A stretch of 63,864 nt of DNA, filler included, from Klebsormidium nitens (lineage: Eukaryota; Plantae; Klebsormidiophyceae), in the NCBI GenBank assembly GCA_000708835.1. It is 10 parts of 10 records of this genome, joined end to end, with 100 filler letters (N's around TTAATTAATTAA, not from the genome) between each part and the next. Parts side by side here need not be neighbours in the genome. Positions count along the whole stretch, not along the records: positions 1 to 15,718 come from DF238020.1; positions 15,819 to 20,480 come from DF238535.1; positions 20,581 to 31,402 come from DF238141.1; 7 more parts are not named here. One strand, given 5' to 3'. This document shows positions 11,944 through 22,704 of this stretch, piece by piece. The translations under genes were made by a program, and so were the position numbers. Under the pieces are notes generated by a model that did not search any database, was not told the DNA's origin, and saw only the letters and a list, made by a program, of their open reading frames with translations. How positions within the stretch are numbered: position 1 is the first letter of the stretch; every line of letters begins with the position of its first letter.

Positions 11944-14232
11944 ATGCCTACCGTGTATGGGGTCAATCTTAGAGCAGCGACGGCATTGCAGAGTATCATT
12001 GGTGCATCTTCTCAGGCTGTTGCAGCTTGTCGTGCCGTAGAGTCAGAACGGGAAGACGCCCTTTTTGTGGACCCGCTTGCGAAATATTTTGCCGCCTACG
12101 CAGGGGGAGCTCTTCCCACGTTCCTTAGTTCCTATGTCTCTGTGCGGACGCACTTCATTGATCGAGAGCTCCTGGATGCGCTTCGCAGGAAGCATGACCA
12201 AGGTCCACCAGGCGGGGTAGTCCCCAACCAGGTACACTCCAAAACCGCATGCCTTCATGCTTTCCACTGGTTCCACAGGACTAACCTTTGAACAGCGCTG
12301 AAGCAGATAATCTTGGTCATGTTTGAACTGCGGGTGTCAAATTGCGCCATCTGCATGTGTGACCAGTGAGTCTTTGTGTATTGGTCATCATCAGCGTCAT
12401 TGTAATAGTCTGCGGCACTATATTCTCAGGTGGTACTGCTGGGGGCTGGCATGGATGGACGCATGTGGCGGCTGCCGCAGCAGGCGGGCAGCCCGCCCCC
12501 TGCAGAGGTGGTCTTTGAGCTAGATCAGAAGGAGGTGAGCCAAGCTCATAGATCTTAATGCTCCTTTGCGCCATCTTTGCTGTACTTTGCATCGGCTGCT
12601 GTTTCAAAAGGGAAAGGGAAGGGAGATGGTGGTTTCCATGTTGGGCCTGCTGCTTTGTCCTCAATTAAATCTAGGAGAGTTTCATAGATGGATGCACACG
12701 AAATGGTGTTTGCCCTCAGGTGAGGTTGTGGTGTTGTGGAAAGCTGAGACCATCTTGTCTTGACGTGCAGGTGGTGGACGCTAAGGACGCCGTCCTAGCC
12801 CAGCTGGAGCAGGCAGGGGAACTGCCGGCACCCAGGCTAGCAAAAAGGTGACACTCATTCTGCAGCGATTCAAGTGCATTTCCAGTATGGTTCTGAGGCT
12901 TCCATTGGACTATGCATATGCGCGCATGATGAAGAAGGAGCAAGATACTTTCAGGAAAGGACTTGATTCTTCATTTAGAGTGATCTCGCTGTCTTCTTTC
13001 TGCTCTTTGGTTTGTTCACTTCTGGATCTGAATACAGCAGTCTGTCACTGTACTGGCCATATGCTTCTGCACCGATGCTCAACCAACTCCAAGCTGCGTG
13101 AAAGACCCTGCAGTTCACGCAAGCGTTCTGATGGGATGTGGGACTTCTCACGTAGTTCGGGTTATTTTTTCCTGTGCAGGCGTGTGTGTCTCTCCGTGGA
13201 TATTCGTGATCCTGCCTGGATCCAAGCCTTGAACGACGCCGGGCACAATCGAACCAGCGGCACGGTGTGGATCCTTGAAGGGTTTCTGCGCTTCTTCTCA
13301 AACGAGCAGGCAGGGCCTTCTTTCCAAGCTCGAAGTCAGAGGACGGACTGATGAAGCAGCTGTCAGCATGAAGCGCGTGCGACAAATGTGGAAGCCTCAC
13401 CTCACCCAGCCCGGATCCGCTTTTTTTGTCGCCTGAGAGGAGGAATGCTGAATCCCGTGTCTTGTAGCAACTCTTCTTTGGGCTTTCTAAGTTCAAGGTG
13501 CTTCATCTGGGGCTTTTTGGTGGCAAAATTCGGGTTCTGGGGTCGTTACAGACCTATGTAACCGTAAGTTACAATAGCTCGATGACTTAAACGGAGATGA
13601 GGATTGTGTACAGGCTCTGCCATGTGGTGAAATGCAGAACACTCAAGGTCAATTTGGGTGCTGTGGCCCTGGGAGCTCGGCTTTGGCGCCTGGTGCCTGG
13701 CCCGCCTCTCAATTTTGCATGTTCATTTTTAAAGTTGCCTTGTTTCTGCGAGTCGTAGCTTTGATTAGATTCGTTTCTGCAGTCGACATTTTCGCTGGCC
13801 GCGCATATACAACGTGACCTTCTACCTTTCCTTGAGCTTACGTTTGTGCTGGACTTGTTCTTAAAGGATGCTACGTCCTTGGTCCAGATTGACGCGCTGA
13901 TCGAGCAGCTGTCCCAGAACTGCGCCTGTGGTTCTAGCATCCTCGTCACTGTCCCGTCTGCGACAAGCCGCGATCGCAGACGTGCAGAGGACCCCGTGGA
14001 TGCCAAGTACCAATGGCGGTTCGGAACGGATGACCCCGTTAGCTACTTTACCCGATTCGGATGGAAGACAGTCAAAAGTGTCTCGGTCGAGGATCTAGCC
14101 GACCAATACAATCGGAGGCCTCGAAGTACCGAATTGGATACACCCGCTGAGAATGGAAGCAAGGCAGAGCCGTCGGTCATGTCGAATCCTATGCGTCACA
14201 ATTATTTATTGAGGGCAGTCAAGATTGACTAA
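11944..14232 (+). CDS. SAM-dependent methyltransferase, leucine-carboxyl-methyltransferase (LCM / TIGR00027-like) family, about 5 exons
   Basis: Exons about 11944-12231, 12430-12534, 12771-12847, 13180-13309, 13888-14232. Family motifs: AVAACRAVESEREDALFVDPLA, YVSVRTHFID, QVVLLGAGMDGR (motif I), VFELDQ, SVDIRDPAWIQAL, WILEGFLRF. Confidence 0.85.
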
Positions 14233-15718
14233 GAGCGAAGCGGATAAACCAGGCTTACGAGCACGCCAAATCGAGTTAGACAATCATAGCCTAGCTAGAG
14301 AGAGCACGCATAGATAAATCGATCGTTGATCGATAATCCGACAGTATACACTAAGTTTAGGGGATCTCAAGTACTTTGTATTGTGCACCGTTGGTTCAAG
14401 CGCGGGTATCACGCACCTCCGCGCGCGGCTACCTTGATGGCCGATGGAATTGCAACCACTTGTAATCTAAAATACTGACACGTCTACCGTAGGTACCATC
14501 AAACACCATGGATGAGAAACTAGTGGTATCACGTCGTACTGCATGGTGAGTCCGATATCTTGCCTATACTTGACCACCTACTAAGCTCTCTGGCAACCTC
14601 TCGAAGGTTTACGTACTTGTATGTTTATTTGCATGCAACGTGACCCGTTTTGGGACATGCCAGTGTTCGCTAGCATGACCACCATGACCTGATCGCGATT
14701 GCGGTTGAAGATACTATATCCATGAGGAGATGACGGTCGCGTCTTGCATGAGTTATCACGATGCATACAATGGTATAATTCGCAGCGCGGTGTCCTGGAA
14801 CGAAGCTAGTAGCGAAATGATGCATCTTAACGTATTAACGCAATCTCCATTCTTTAGAGCAGATTAAGCGCCCCAACTTACTTGTGACATGATCTAGCTG
14901 CCAATGCATGAATGCGTTAGGCAACCCGCGACAACACAACTGAAAGTGATGTTCCCCAGGAATGGAATGCGCATGGCCATTCAACGCGATCCGTCGTCAC
15001 GCTTGGGATCGAGCCTTCAGCTGGCAGAAAATTACGAACTGTACGTAGTCATTTGTCCACACACTACCGTACCCCTGTGCAACTTACACTTCATTGGCGG
15101 CATGCAAGATGTGTGTTGTAAGTTGAGTCTTATAACGAGAGGGTTCTTAAGACTCCGATCCTCGGGCCCAAGCTTTGGGAATGGTTGTCAAAACGCATGC
15201 GAGCCTCGGAAAACATGTAAGCAGATGAAGCTTGCTCCTTTGACGCTTGGTACTATTCAAGCCTGGTTGCACTTCTTCGAGAAGGTCGACAAAACGGTCA
15301 ACATGCTTAATTGAGAGCATAGTAACTATATACTGTGAGAGCTTCTGAAGCTTGCCTGAAGTTCCGAAGATTTTTCAGTTTCCATGCATTAACTTACTCC
15401 TCGTAAGGCAAGTGATCATGATTCTCTGCTTTGCTTCCTATCTTCCTGACTAGTGTGCCTTCGAAGCAATTTGGCGAACAAACACCAGCCCAATCAGGAA
15501 TGTTGTCCTCGTCCACCTGATAGCCCTCCCCCAACATTATTCTGATTCCTGCGGAAAAAAGACCACGTTAACGCCAGGAAGATTCTGGACACGAGTTTTA
15601 ACGAGCGAATGACCCTCACTGTCATTGTCGTTGCACCGATTGTTAAATCCCATGAAGGCAAAAGGTAAGAGAAAAAGAGTCAGTCACATGGCGTTTTCGC
15701 AGTCTACCAAGACTGGTT

Positions 15719-15818
15719 NNNNNNNNNNNNNNNNNNNNNNNNNNNNNNNNNNNNNNNNNNNNTTAATTAATTAANNNNNNNNNNNNNNNNNNNNNNNNNN
15801 NNNNNNNNNNNNNNNNNN
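15719..15818. other. Artificial contig-joining linker (N44-TTAATTAATTAA-N44), first of nine
   Basis: The same 100-bp structure, with stops in all six frames, occurs at 15719-15818, 20481-20580, 31403-31502, 34848-34947, 42659-42758, 46446-46545, 53838-53937, 57452-57551 and 61146-61245. Confidence 0.97.
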
Positions 15819-18800
15819 AACGTGAGCTCGTAGAGGTGGTGCAGAGCGGGCAGAAAGAAAGCGGGAAAGCGGTGCCCGCCCTGGGCGTCCAGCACGCGGC
15901 GCAAGATGGGAGAATGCTCCCCCAGCTGGCGGCGATCCTCGATGCTCGCGTCCTCCCCCAAGAGCAGCTCGCGGACCACAGCTAGCCCGTCAGAGTGGCC
16001 AATGATGCCGTCATCCGAATCGTGCGCCCCAAGGTCATATAGCAATTCACCCCACTCACACGGCCAGTGCTCCCATAGACGCGGGCTCCCACCTCTTGCC
16101 GCTTGCTCGAGCTCGATTCCCTCCAACAGTCGCAGCATCGCCCGGTTCTTGTCCCGGACCATCTGGCGCTGTTCGACCAGGAGCCGGCGCCTGGTGTCCG
16201 CTGGAACCGGGCCTTCCCCATCACCCGGAACAAAGCGAGTCACGAGCTGGACGTCCTCTCTGCCCAGGGCCGCCTTCATTCCCAGGTACTCTGCCTCGCT
16301 GAGCCGCCGACCGAGCTTCTCGCTCTCGGGGCGATGCCTCGAGAGGCGTGCTATCAGCTCCCTGAGCTCCGGTTGGAGCACCAGACGGCGTTTCATGCCA
16401 CCGCCCTCTAGGCCTGCAGCGCAGTAGTCGCGCCCGGCCACCGACTGTTTCTCGAACGGAGCGCCGTCCGCATACCGGCTCGGATGCGTGAACGGTCTGC
16501 GGAAGTCATGCGAGGTCGACCCCAGCCCTCCGGGGCGCTTCCCTCCGTCGGAGTTGGAAATTCCCACGATCCCGTCGCACAGCAAGACCTGCGGCAGCAT
16601 GATCGAGCAGTTTCATCAGAAACATTCCATCAATCGGTGGTAGAAGCAGATGCAAGGACTTACGGGGTTTCATCAAAAACAGGCCTTCAGTAAAGCAACC
16701 ATCCCCTGAGCCTATGCTTGCTTTCAAAAAGTATCCAAGGTGCCATCACCAATTCAACTGCTATGCCCTTCCAAGCGGCTTCAACTTAAGTTTTTCCCCA
16801 ATCAAGATGCTCACCTCCGGATGGGGACCGCATATGCTGCAACACTCAAGGATCTGCTGGCCCACCAGTCGGAAGAAATCGAGGCTGGCCTTCCGCCACG
16901 TCTCCTCGGATAGGACGGCGCACTCGGGAGCCCTCCGGAAGGCCTCCTGCTGCCCCTCTAGCAGCGCCCCGAAACCCGACTGGCCCCTCTGCATCTGCTT
17001 CAGCAACAGCTGGAGGCTCTCCTGTACAATAATCGTCTGGCGGCTCCAGACGTACAAGCCCAAGTGCTCTCCATCAAAGTGGATGGTGTGCTTCCTCGGG
17101 CACTTGCACGAGTAAATTCTGGTGCGCACGGCCTGGCTCCAGGTGGAAGCATGCACTACCGCATCCTGCCAGAGCTCCACCCATTCGCCGCCACACGGAG
17201 GCGGTTCAAGAGGGCACGGTGCGCTCAGCATCCCGCGGTCGCCCAGCTCCTGAAAGTCCCTCGCCACCAGTTTGCTCACTCGAATCGGTCCGCATCTGAG
17301 CCGCGTCACCCAAGGGTCGTGGAAGTCAGGCGCGTCGCTCAGCTGGCTCAACTTCGGCTTGGTCACTTGGACGGCCTGTGTCTCCTGAACCATGACGGGG
17401 GCCCTTCCTACCCCCCTGTGCTGGCACCCCCGTCGAGCACTTTCGAGTGTGCAGCTGCCGCAGGAGGAGACCCAGGATCGGATCGCTTCCTCGCCCAGCG
17501 CCTCCGCGGGTGGCTCCCGCACACTCTGGGGTGCCACCATCAAAGGAGCCCCGCCCGCATGACTCATCCACCACTGCTTGCTCCTCCGCGCCCCCCGCCA
17601 TGACTCACTTACGCCCAGCCCGTGGGGTGCTGACGTGGACGGCTCAGCCACTCCAAACANNNNNNNNNNNNNNNNNNNNNNNNNNNNNNNNNNNNNNNNN
17701 NNNNNNNNNNNNNNNNNNNNNNNNNNNNNNNNNNNNNNNNNNNNNNNNNNNNNNNNNNNNNNNNNNNNNNNNNNNNNNNNNNNNNNNNNNNNNNNNNNNN
17801 NNNNNNNNNNNNNNNNNNNNNNNNNNNNNNNNNNNNNNNNNNNNNNNNNNNNNNNNNNNNNNNNNNNNNNNNNNNNNNNNNNNNNNNNNNNNNNNNNNNN
17901 NNNNNNNNNNNNNNNNNNNNNNNNNNNNNNNNNNNNNNNNNNNNNNNNNNNNNNNNNNNNNNNNNNNNNNNNNNNNNNNNNNNNNNNNNNNNNNNNNNNN
18001 NNNNNNNNNNNNNNNNNNNNNNNNNNNNNNNNNNNNNNNNNNNNNNNNNNNNNNNNNNNNNNNNNNNNNNNNNNNNNNNNNNNNNNNNNNNNNNNNNNNN
18101 NNNNNNNNNNNNNNNNNNNNNNNNNNNNNNNNNNNNNNNNNNNNNNNNNNNNNNNNNNNNNNNNNNNNNNNNNNNNNNNNNNNNNNNNNNNNNNNNNNNN
18201 NNNNNNNNNNNNNNNNNNNNNNNNNNNNNNNNNNNNNNNNNNNNNNNNNNNNNNNNNNNNNNNNNNNNNNNNNNNNNNNNNNNNNNNNNNNNNNNNNNNN
18301 NNNNNNNNNNNNNNNNNNNNNNNNNNNNTCATCCACCACTGCTTGCTCCTCCGCGCCCCCCGCCATGACTCACTTACGCCCAGCCCGTGGGGTGCTGACG
18401 TGGACGGCTCAGCCACTCCAAACAATTGCTGGTGCTCTTGACAGAAGCAGTCCGCACCGGCGCATCCGGCCGGCTCATGCCGCTGTCCTGAGATGAGGCC
18501 CATCAAGTGTGTCTCCTCCTCGGTACCCCCTTCGGAACTCGCGCTCGGCTCACTCTCCCCCGCCCTCCTGCCGAGCAACGGCAGCGCTCCGTCCCATTGC
18601 TCCAACCACTGCCTCGCTGTACTTAGGGCATCCTGCCCAAGAAGCAACCCCTGTGCAAAATGGACCTGCCCCGCCCGGACGGCCAAGTTTGCAGCGATGA
18701 CGTGGCTGCAGTCGTGCTGCGACGGACACCCGTCCCTCTTGCCTTGGCAGTACCAGGCGCCCTCGACGCTTCGATGCAGCATCTTGTGCGCTGGACTGAC

Positions 18801-20090
18801 CCCCCGGGGGCTGCTCCTCACGGCAAAGAAGCTCCCCGTAGAGTCCGTACCCACCTGCTCGACCAGCCCCGCTCCCCGTCCCAACTCTCTGACAGTGGGG
18901 AGGTCCCCTTGCTGCAACCCCGTAGAGCCGAGGGCCGCGAGCACCAACTTATGGACGCAAGGAGCGTCCCTGGCCAGCCGGCCACGATCGCATGAGCAGT
19001 TCAAGTGTCCGTGGCTATCCCACCAGCACTCTTCCAGCAACGCCTTCTCCTTGGTGGGCTTGCCGAGAGCTTTCGGCCTCGCTCGGTTGTGATCCCAATA
19101 TGTCATGTAGAGCCGTGGAGGGCTGGCCTCACACTCGTCCACTCCAGTAGGAACAACCAGGCGGCACGTGCCCTCCAGCCTGACGCCGCTCAGAAAGAGG
19201 CCAGCTTGGGCCGGGATGCCGAGGCGCTCCTCAGGCTGCAGGTGCCAACTAGATCTTTCAGGCACACTTCCTGACCGCTCTCGGAAAACAACCTCACACC
19301 TTCCTCACAGTCTGAGCTGAACGAGCAGCTTAGGATTGCATCTGGGATTTTGCGCATTATCCCGCCTTTTGAGTGCCGGGCCATGAGAAATTCCATGAAC
19401 AGCATGTAGTCGGTCCTTGTGCTCCCTCTTTTAGCATGGGCGCATGCCAGGCCGTGAGTCCATTGGAATCTTGCGGGACGGGCGCAATCGATGACAGACT
19501 CTTGCATAGCAAATCATCATAGGTTCTATTAAGAAAATATATGCACTCACCAGCATCTCGCGCGCGCGGCTGCCGGCTTGCATGCCCCTGTTCAATGCGC
19601 TCTCAGCTGCAGCCTTTTTCGGCTTCTTCCTGCTCACGGTGCTCTCGTTTGTGATCACAACAGCCTCAAGCAGCTCGCTCGTTAGCTCCAGCGTTTGCTT
19701 CCAGCTCCCTGAGGGCCTCCGCTCGAACAACAGCGCATCTTGCTGGCCATGACCACGGTCGCACAGGCTCACGCTCTCTGCATCGGTGCTGAGCCTCAGC
19801 TGGCCCATCAGCTTCCCCACACATCCGAGGCAAAGGAGTTGGCGTTTTTGCTTGCTCTTTGGAACGCTGCAGCCCACGAGGTAACCCTTCATCGGGCTCC
19901 TGCGCAGGCTCAGCCTCAAGCTCCCGTTTGTACTGCCTGCACTCGACCAGATCTGCTGCTTGCATGTAATGCAATTGCCGGAAATCTGCCCTACCTCGGC
20001 CGGTTGGACGCACTCCTCTCCTATGTAGTACAGACCGCGTCCGATTTGTGCTAGGTCCGAGGCTTGGTAGTGCTCAGTGGGGGCTGCCAT
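15819..20090 (-). mobile_element. KDZ (Kyakuja-Dileera-Zisupton)-type transposon gene with SWIM zinc fingers and a CxC-like cysteine cluster; 3' end cut by the contig end
   Basis: Spliced minus-strand ORF. SWIM-like CSCDRGRLARDAPCVH and CQGKRDGCPSQHDCSH. Then CPLEPPPCGG...YSCKCPRKHTIHFDGEHLGLY and CCSICGPHPE|VLLCDG (intron 16589-16814), a pattern typical of CxC5/HMGXB3-like regions of KDZ-associated proteins. The catalytic transposase domain is not visible. Confidence 0.62.
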
Positions 20091-20665
20091 GACTCAAACC
20101 CCCAAACATGCACCAACATGCACGAAGCTGCCCCTTTAGAATCAACTGGGAGCTGTGTCTAACTCTCCGACCAACCTTGGTCATCCTTCCGGCCTCCCTC
20201 TTTCCCTAAGTACTCACGGCTCTAGACTGGCAGGGCACCCGGGACGGCGGGCCGCCGGAAGGCCCCAAATTCGATCGTAACCGCTTCGAACGACTCCGGC
20301 GGTGCGCCGAGTTCGCAGCGGGGGGCCAGGTGGCAAAATGCTCTACGGTACCGTTATCAGTCAAGTGACGCTAAGCCAAATCTCGATTTTTCACGGCCGT
20401 TCGATGGATCGCGAGAACTTAGGGATCGGTGTAACCCATTTCGGCCGTCCGATAAGGTTGAACTTCATTTGGTTGCCCCCNNNNNNNNNNNNNNNNNNNN
20501 NNNNNNNNNNNNNNNNNNNNNNNNTTAATTAATTAANNNNNNNNNNNNNNNNNNNNNNNNNNNNNNNNNNNNNNNNNNNNCCCAACTATTGCCAGATACA
20601 CGAATATGGGTGTACATAATTTCTATAACGGAGCCTTTTCAGCAATTCAGTATCTGGGAGAGGCA

Positions 20666-21205
20666 TCACGGTGAGGATTCGGTGGCATTGCGAACCTTGT
20701 TGGGATTTGCAAGTGCCTCTAAATTTAAGATTGGTGCATCACTCCACACCATACTAGGGGCACATCTAGGACTCGATGGAGAACTGGCTTCAGCATTCGT
20801 GCAACCGGTCGGAAGAATCGACTCTCGTTCCTGAGAGTGAGCCGCAAGCCGTACTTCTTTCAGCCGCAGCTTCTTTGCTTGACGTTGAGCCCGAGACGCG
20901 TTCTTAAGGGCAACCCGCCAGCTCACTTTCACAGCAAATGGTCCATGTATGCCGCTTCGTACCCAATATGAGTGAAAACCTTCAGCATTTAGGGATCGCA
21001 CAAGTGCTCTCGTGATATGACGCAGGTCAAAGGGTTCTGCAAGGGCGCGGATTCCTGCTAGGGCCGCCGGGTCAAGAATCGTTTCAAGCAATCCAAACTC
21101 TCGATAACATCTTACTATTGCGGTCTTGGCACTCTCAAAAACAGCTCGATCCATCTGCTCAATCGCAAAAGTGGTTGGAGGACGATAGCCCAAAATTGCG
21201 TCCAT
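20666..21205 (-). CDS. Intronless 179-aa hypothetical protein resembling a small NCLDV-conserved protein
   Basis: True ATG start and protein-like composition. Segment PFDLRHITRALVRSLNAEGFHSYW...AVKVSW resembles a P-x-Y-D...L-x-x-x-GF...ISW pattern recalled from giant-virus proteins. Not verified by any search. Confidence 0.45.
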   Translation of the reverse strand: MDAILGYRPPTTFAIEQMDRAVFESAKTAIVRCYREFGLLETILDPAALAGIRALAEPFDLRHITRALVRSLNAEGFHSYWVRSGIHGPFAVKVSWRVALKNASRAQRQAKKLRLKEVRLAAHSQERESILPTGCTNAEASSPSSPRCAPSMVWSDAPILNLEALANPNKVRNATESSP

Positions 21206-21479
21206 TCAAGTCAATGGTTTTACGGTGCACCAAGAAAGAAGGAATACACCATTTCCAAGATGTGGTCGTAGGTCAGGCCGGCCATCCCGGCCACTTAAAA
21301 GCATATGGCAAACAAGTTTGGCGATGCGACGATACACAGATGGGCAGATGGTTTTAACCCCCCTTTATAGTAATAAAAGTGCCACTCCAAATTTTGAAAT
21401 ACTTTTGAAAGTTGCTCTCCATCCGTGTATATGCGCAAGAACACCATCAATTACACACCCCGCTCTTGCTTTCTTGACG

Positions 21480-22248
21480 GTATGGATTTGAGATAACATT
21501 GATATAATCCGATATTGCAGAAAGATGCGATTGTGTCCGAATCAACCTTACACTTAACCATACCATCTAATATGTTGCATCCGTTGTAATTGATGGAGCG
21601 AGTCGACAAGAGGACAGGACGGACAGGAGATGTTCGTGTCCAGGGCCGGCTTGCAATTGACCATGCCACCTGATATGTTGCAAATACTGTAATTGATGGA
21701 GCGAGTCGACATGAGGTCGGGACGGACAGGAGATGCTCGTGTCTAAGTTTGGGTCCCACTTGACTATACCACCTGATAATGATGAGTCGAATATTGTAAT
21801 TCATGGAGCGAGTCGACAGGAGGACGGGACGGACATGAGATCGGATGCTCGTGTCCAAGTCCGGGTTCCACTTGACCATACCAACTAATATGGGTCGAAT
21901 ATTGTAATTCATGGAGCAAGTCGACAGGAGGACGGGACGGTTAGAAGATGCTCGTGTCCAAGTCCGAGTCCCACTTGACCATACCACCTAATATGAGTCG
22001 AATATTGTAATTCATGGAGCGAGTCGACAGGAGGATATGACGGACAGGAGATGCCATGCCCATGTCCAGGTCCGGCTTGCACTTGACTGGACCACCGAGA
22101 TTGTTTGAACATTATGATTCATGAAATGAATAGAAAGGAGGCCGTATGCTACAACCAAGCCGGCCGATCTGTGAGAGTGGCGGCCCGACCTTAGATACAT
22201 ACATATCAGCAACCTCAGCCGAGATCCGAAAAGTTCATACTACAATCT
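21480..22248. repeat. Tandem array A (about 102-108-bp unit, 5-6 degenerate copies) plus its terminal segment
   Basis: Core TGTAATT[C/G]ATGGAGCGAGTCGACAGGAGGACGGGACGGAC...CTTGACCATACC recurs near 21585, 21688, 21795, 21903 and 22005. Confidence 0.9.
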
Positions 22249-22600
22249 GTTATAATTTCTTTCTTCTCCAGGGAAGGAATTATAACAGATTAGTAGTACA
22301 ACCTTTTCCCTTTGGTTCCAAATTGGCAATATGTATGTATGTAAGGCCATACCGTAAAAGATGCCAATGTTGTAATCGACTTTTTGGAGAAGAAAATATA
22401 ACAAATTAGTAGTATGAAGATTTCCTTGCGGGATCCAATTGCCGATATGTATGTATGTAAGCCCATACCGGAAAAGATGCAATGTTGTAATTGACTTTTT
22501 GGAGAAGAGAATATAACAGATTAGTAGTACGAAGATTTCCTTGTGGGATCCAATTGCCAATATGTATGTATGTAAGGCCATACCACAAAGATTCAATGTC
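22243..22600. repeat. Tandem array B (about 115-bp AT-rich unit, 3 copies)
   Basis: TATAACAGATTAGTAGTAC...CCAATTGCCAATATGTATGTATGTAAGGCCATACC recurs near 22280, 22396 and 22511. Confidence 0.9.
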
Positions 22601-22704
22601 CACACAAGACAGTATCCCTAAGTACTCAAGTCTCACATAGTGCTGTCGATCCCAATCGATTCAAGTTCCAGGCAACGAGCACTCCTTGTTTCCTCTACTC
22701 CTCC

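Noticed and set aside
14900-15620. Possible minus-strand exons (…GEGYQVDEDNIPDWAGVC…; …HVDRFVDLLEEVQPG…)
   Set aside because: Splice phases do not join cleanly, there is no recognisable domain, and the 5' end is lost at the linker.
21480-22600. CRISPR-like appearance of the regularly spaced repeats (also 31503-31885)
   Set aside because: Whole units of 100-134 bp are repeated with no unique spacers, there are no cas genes, and the context is eukaryotic.
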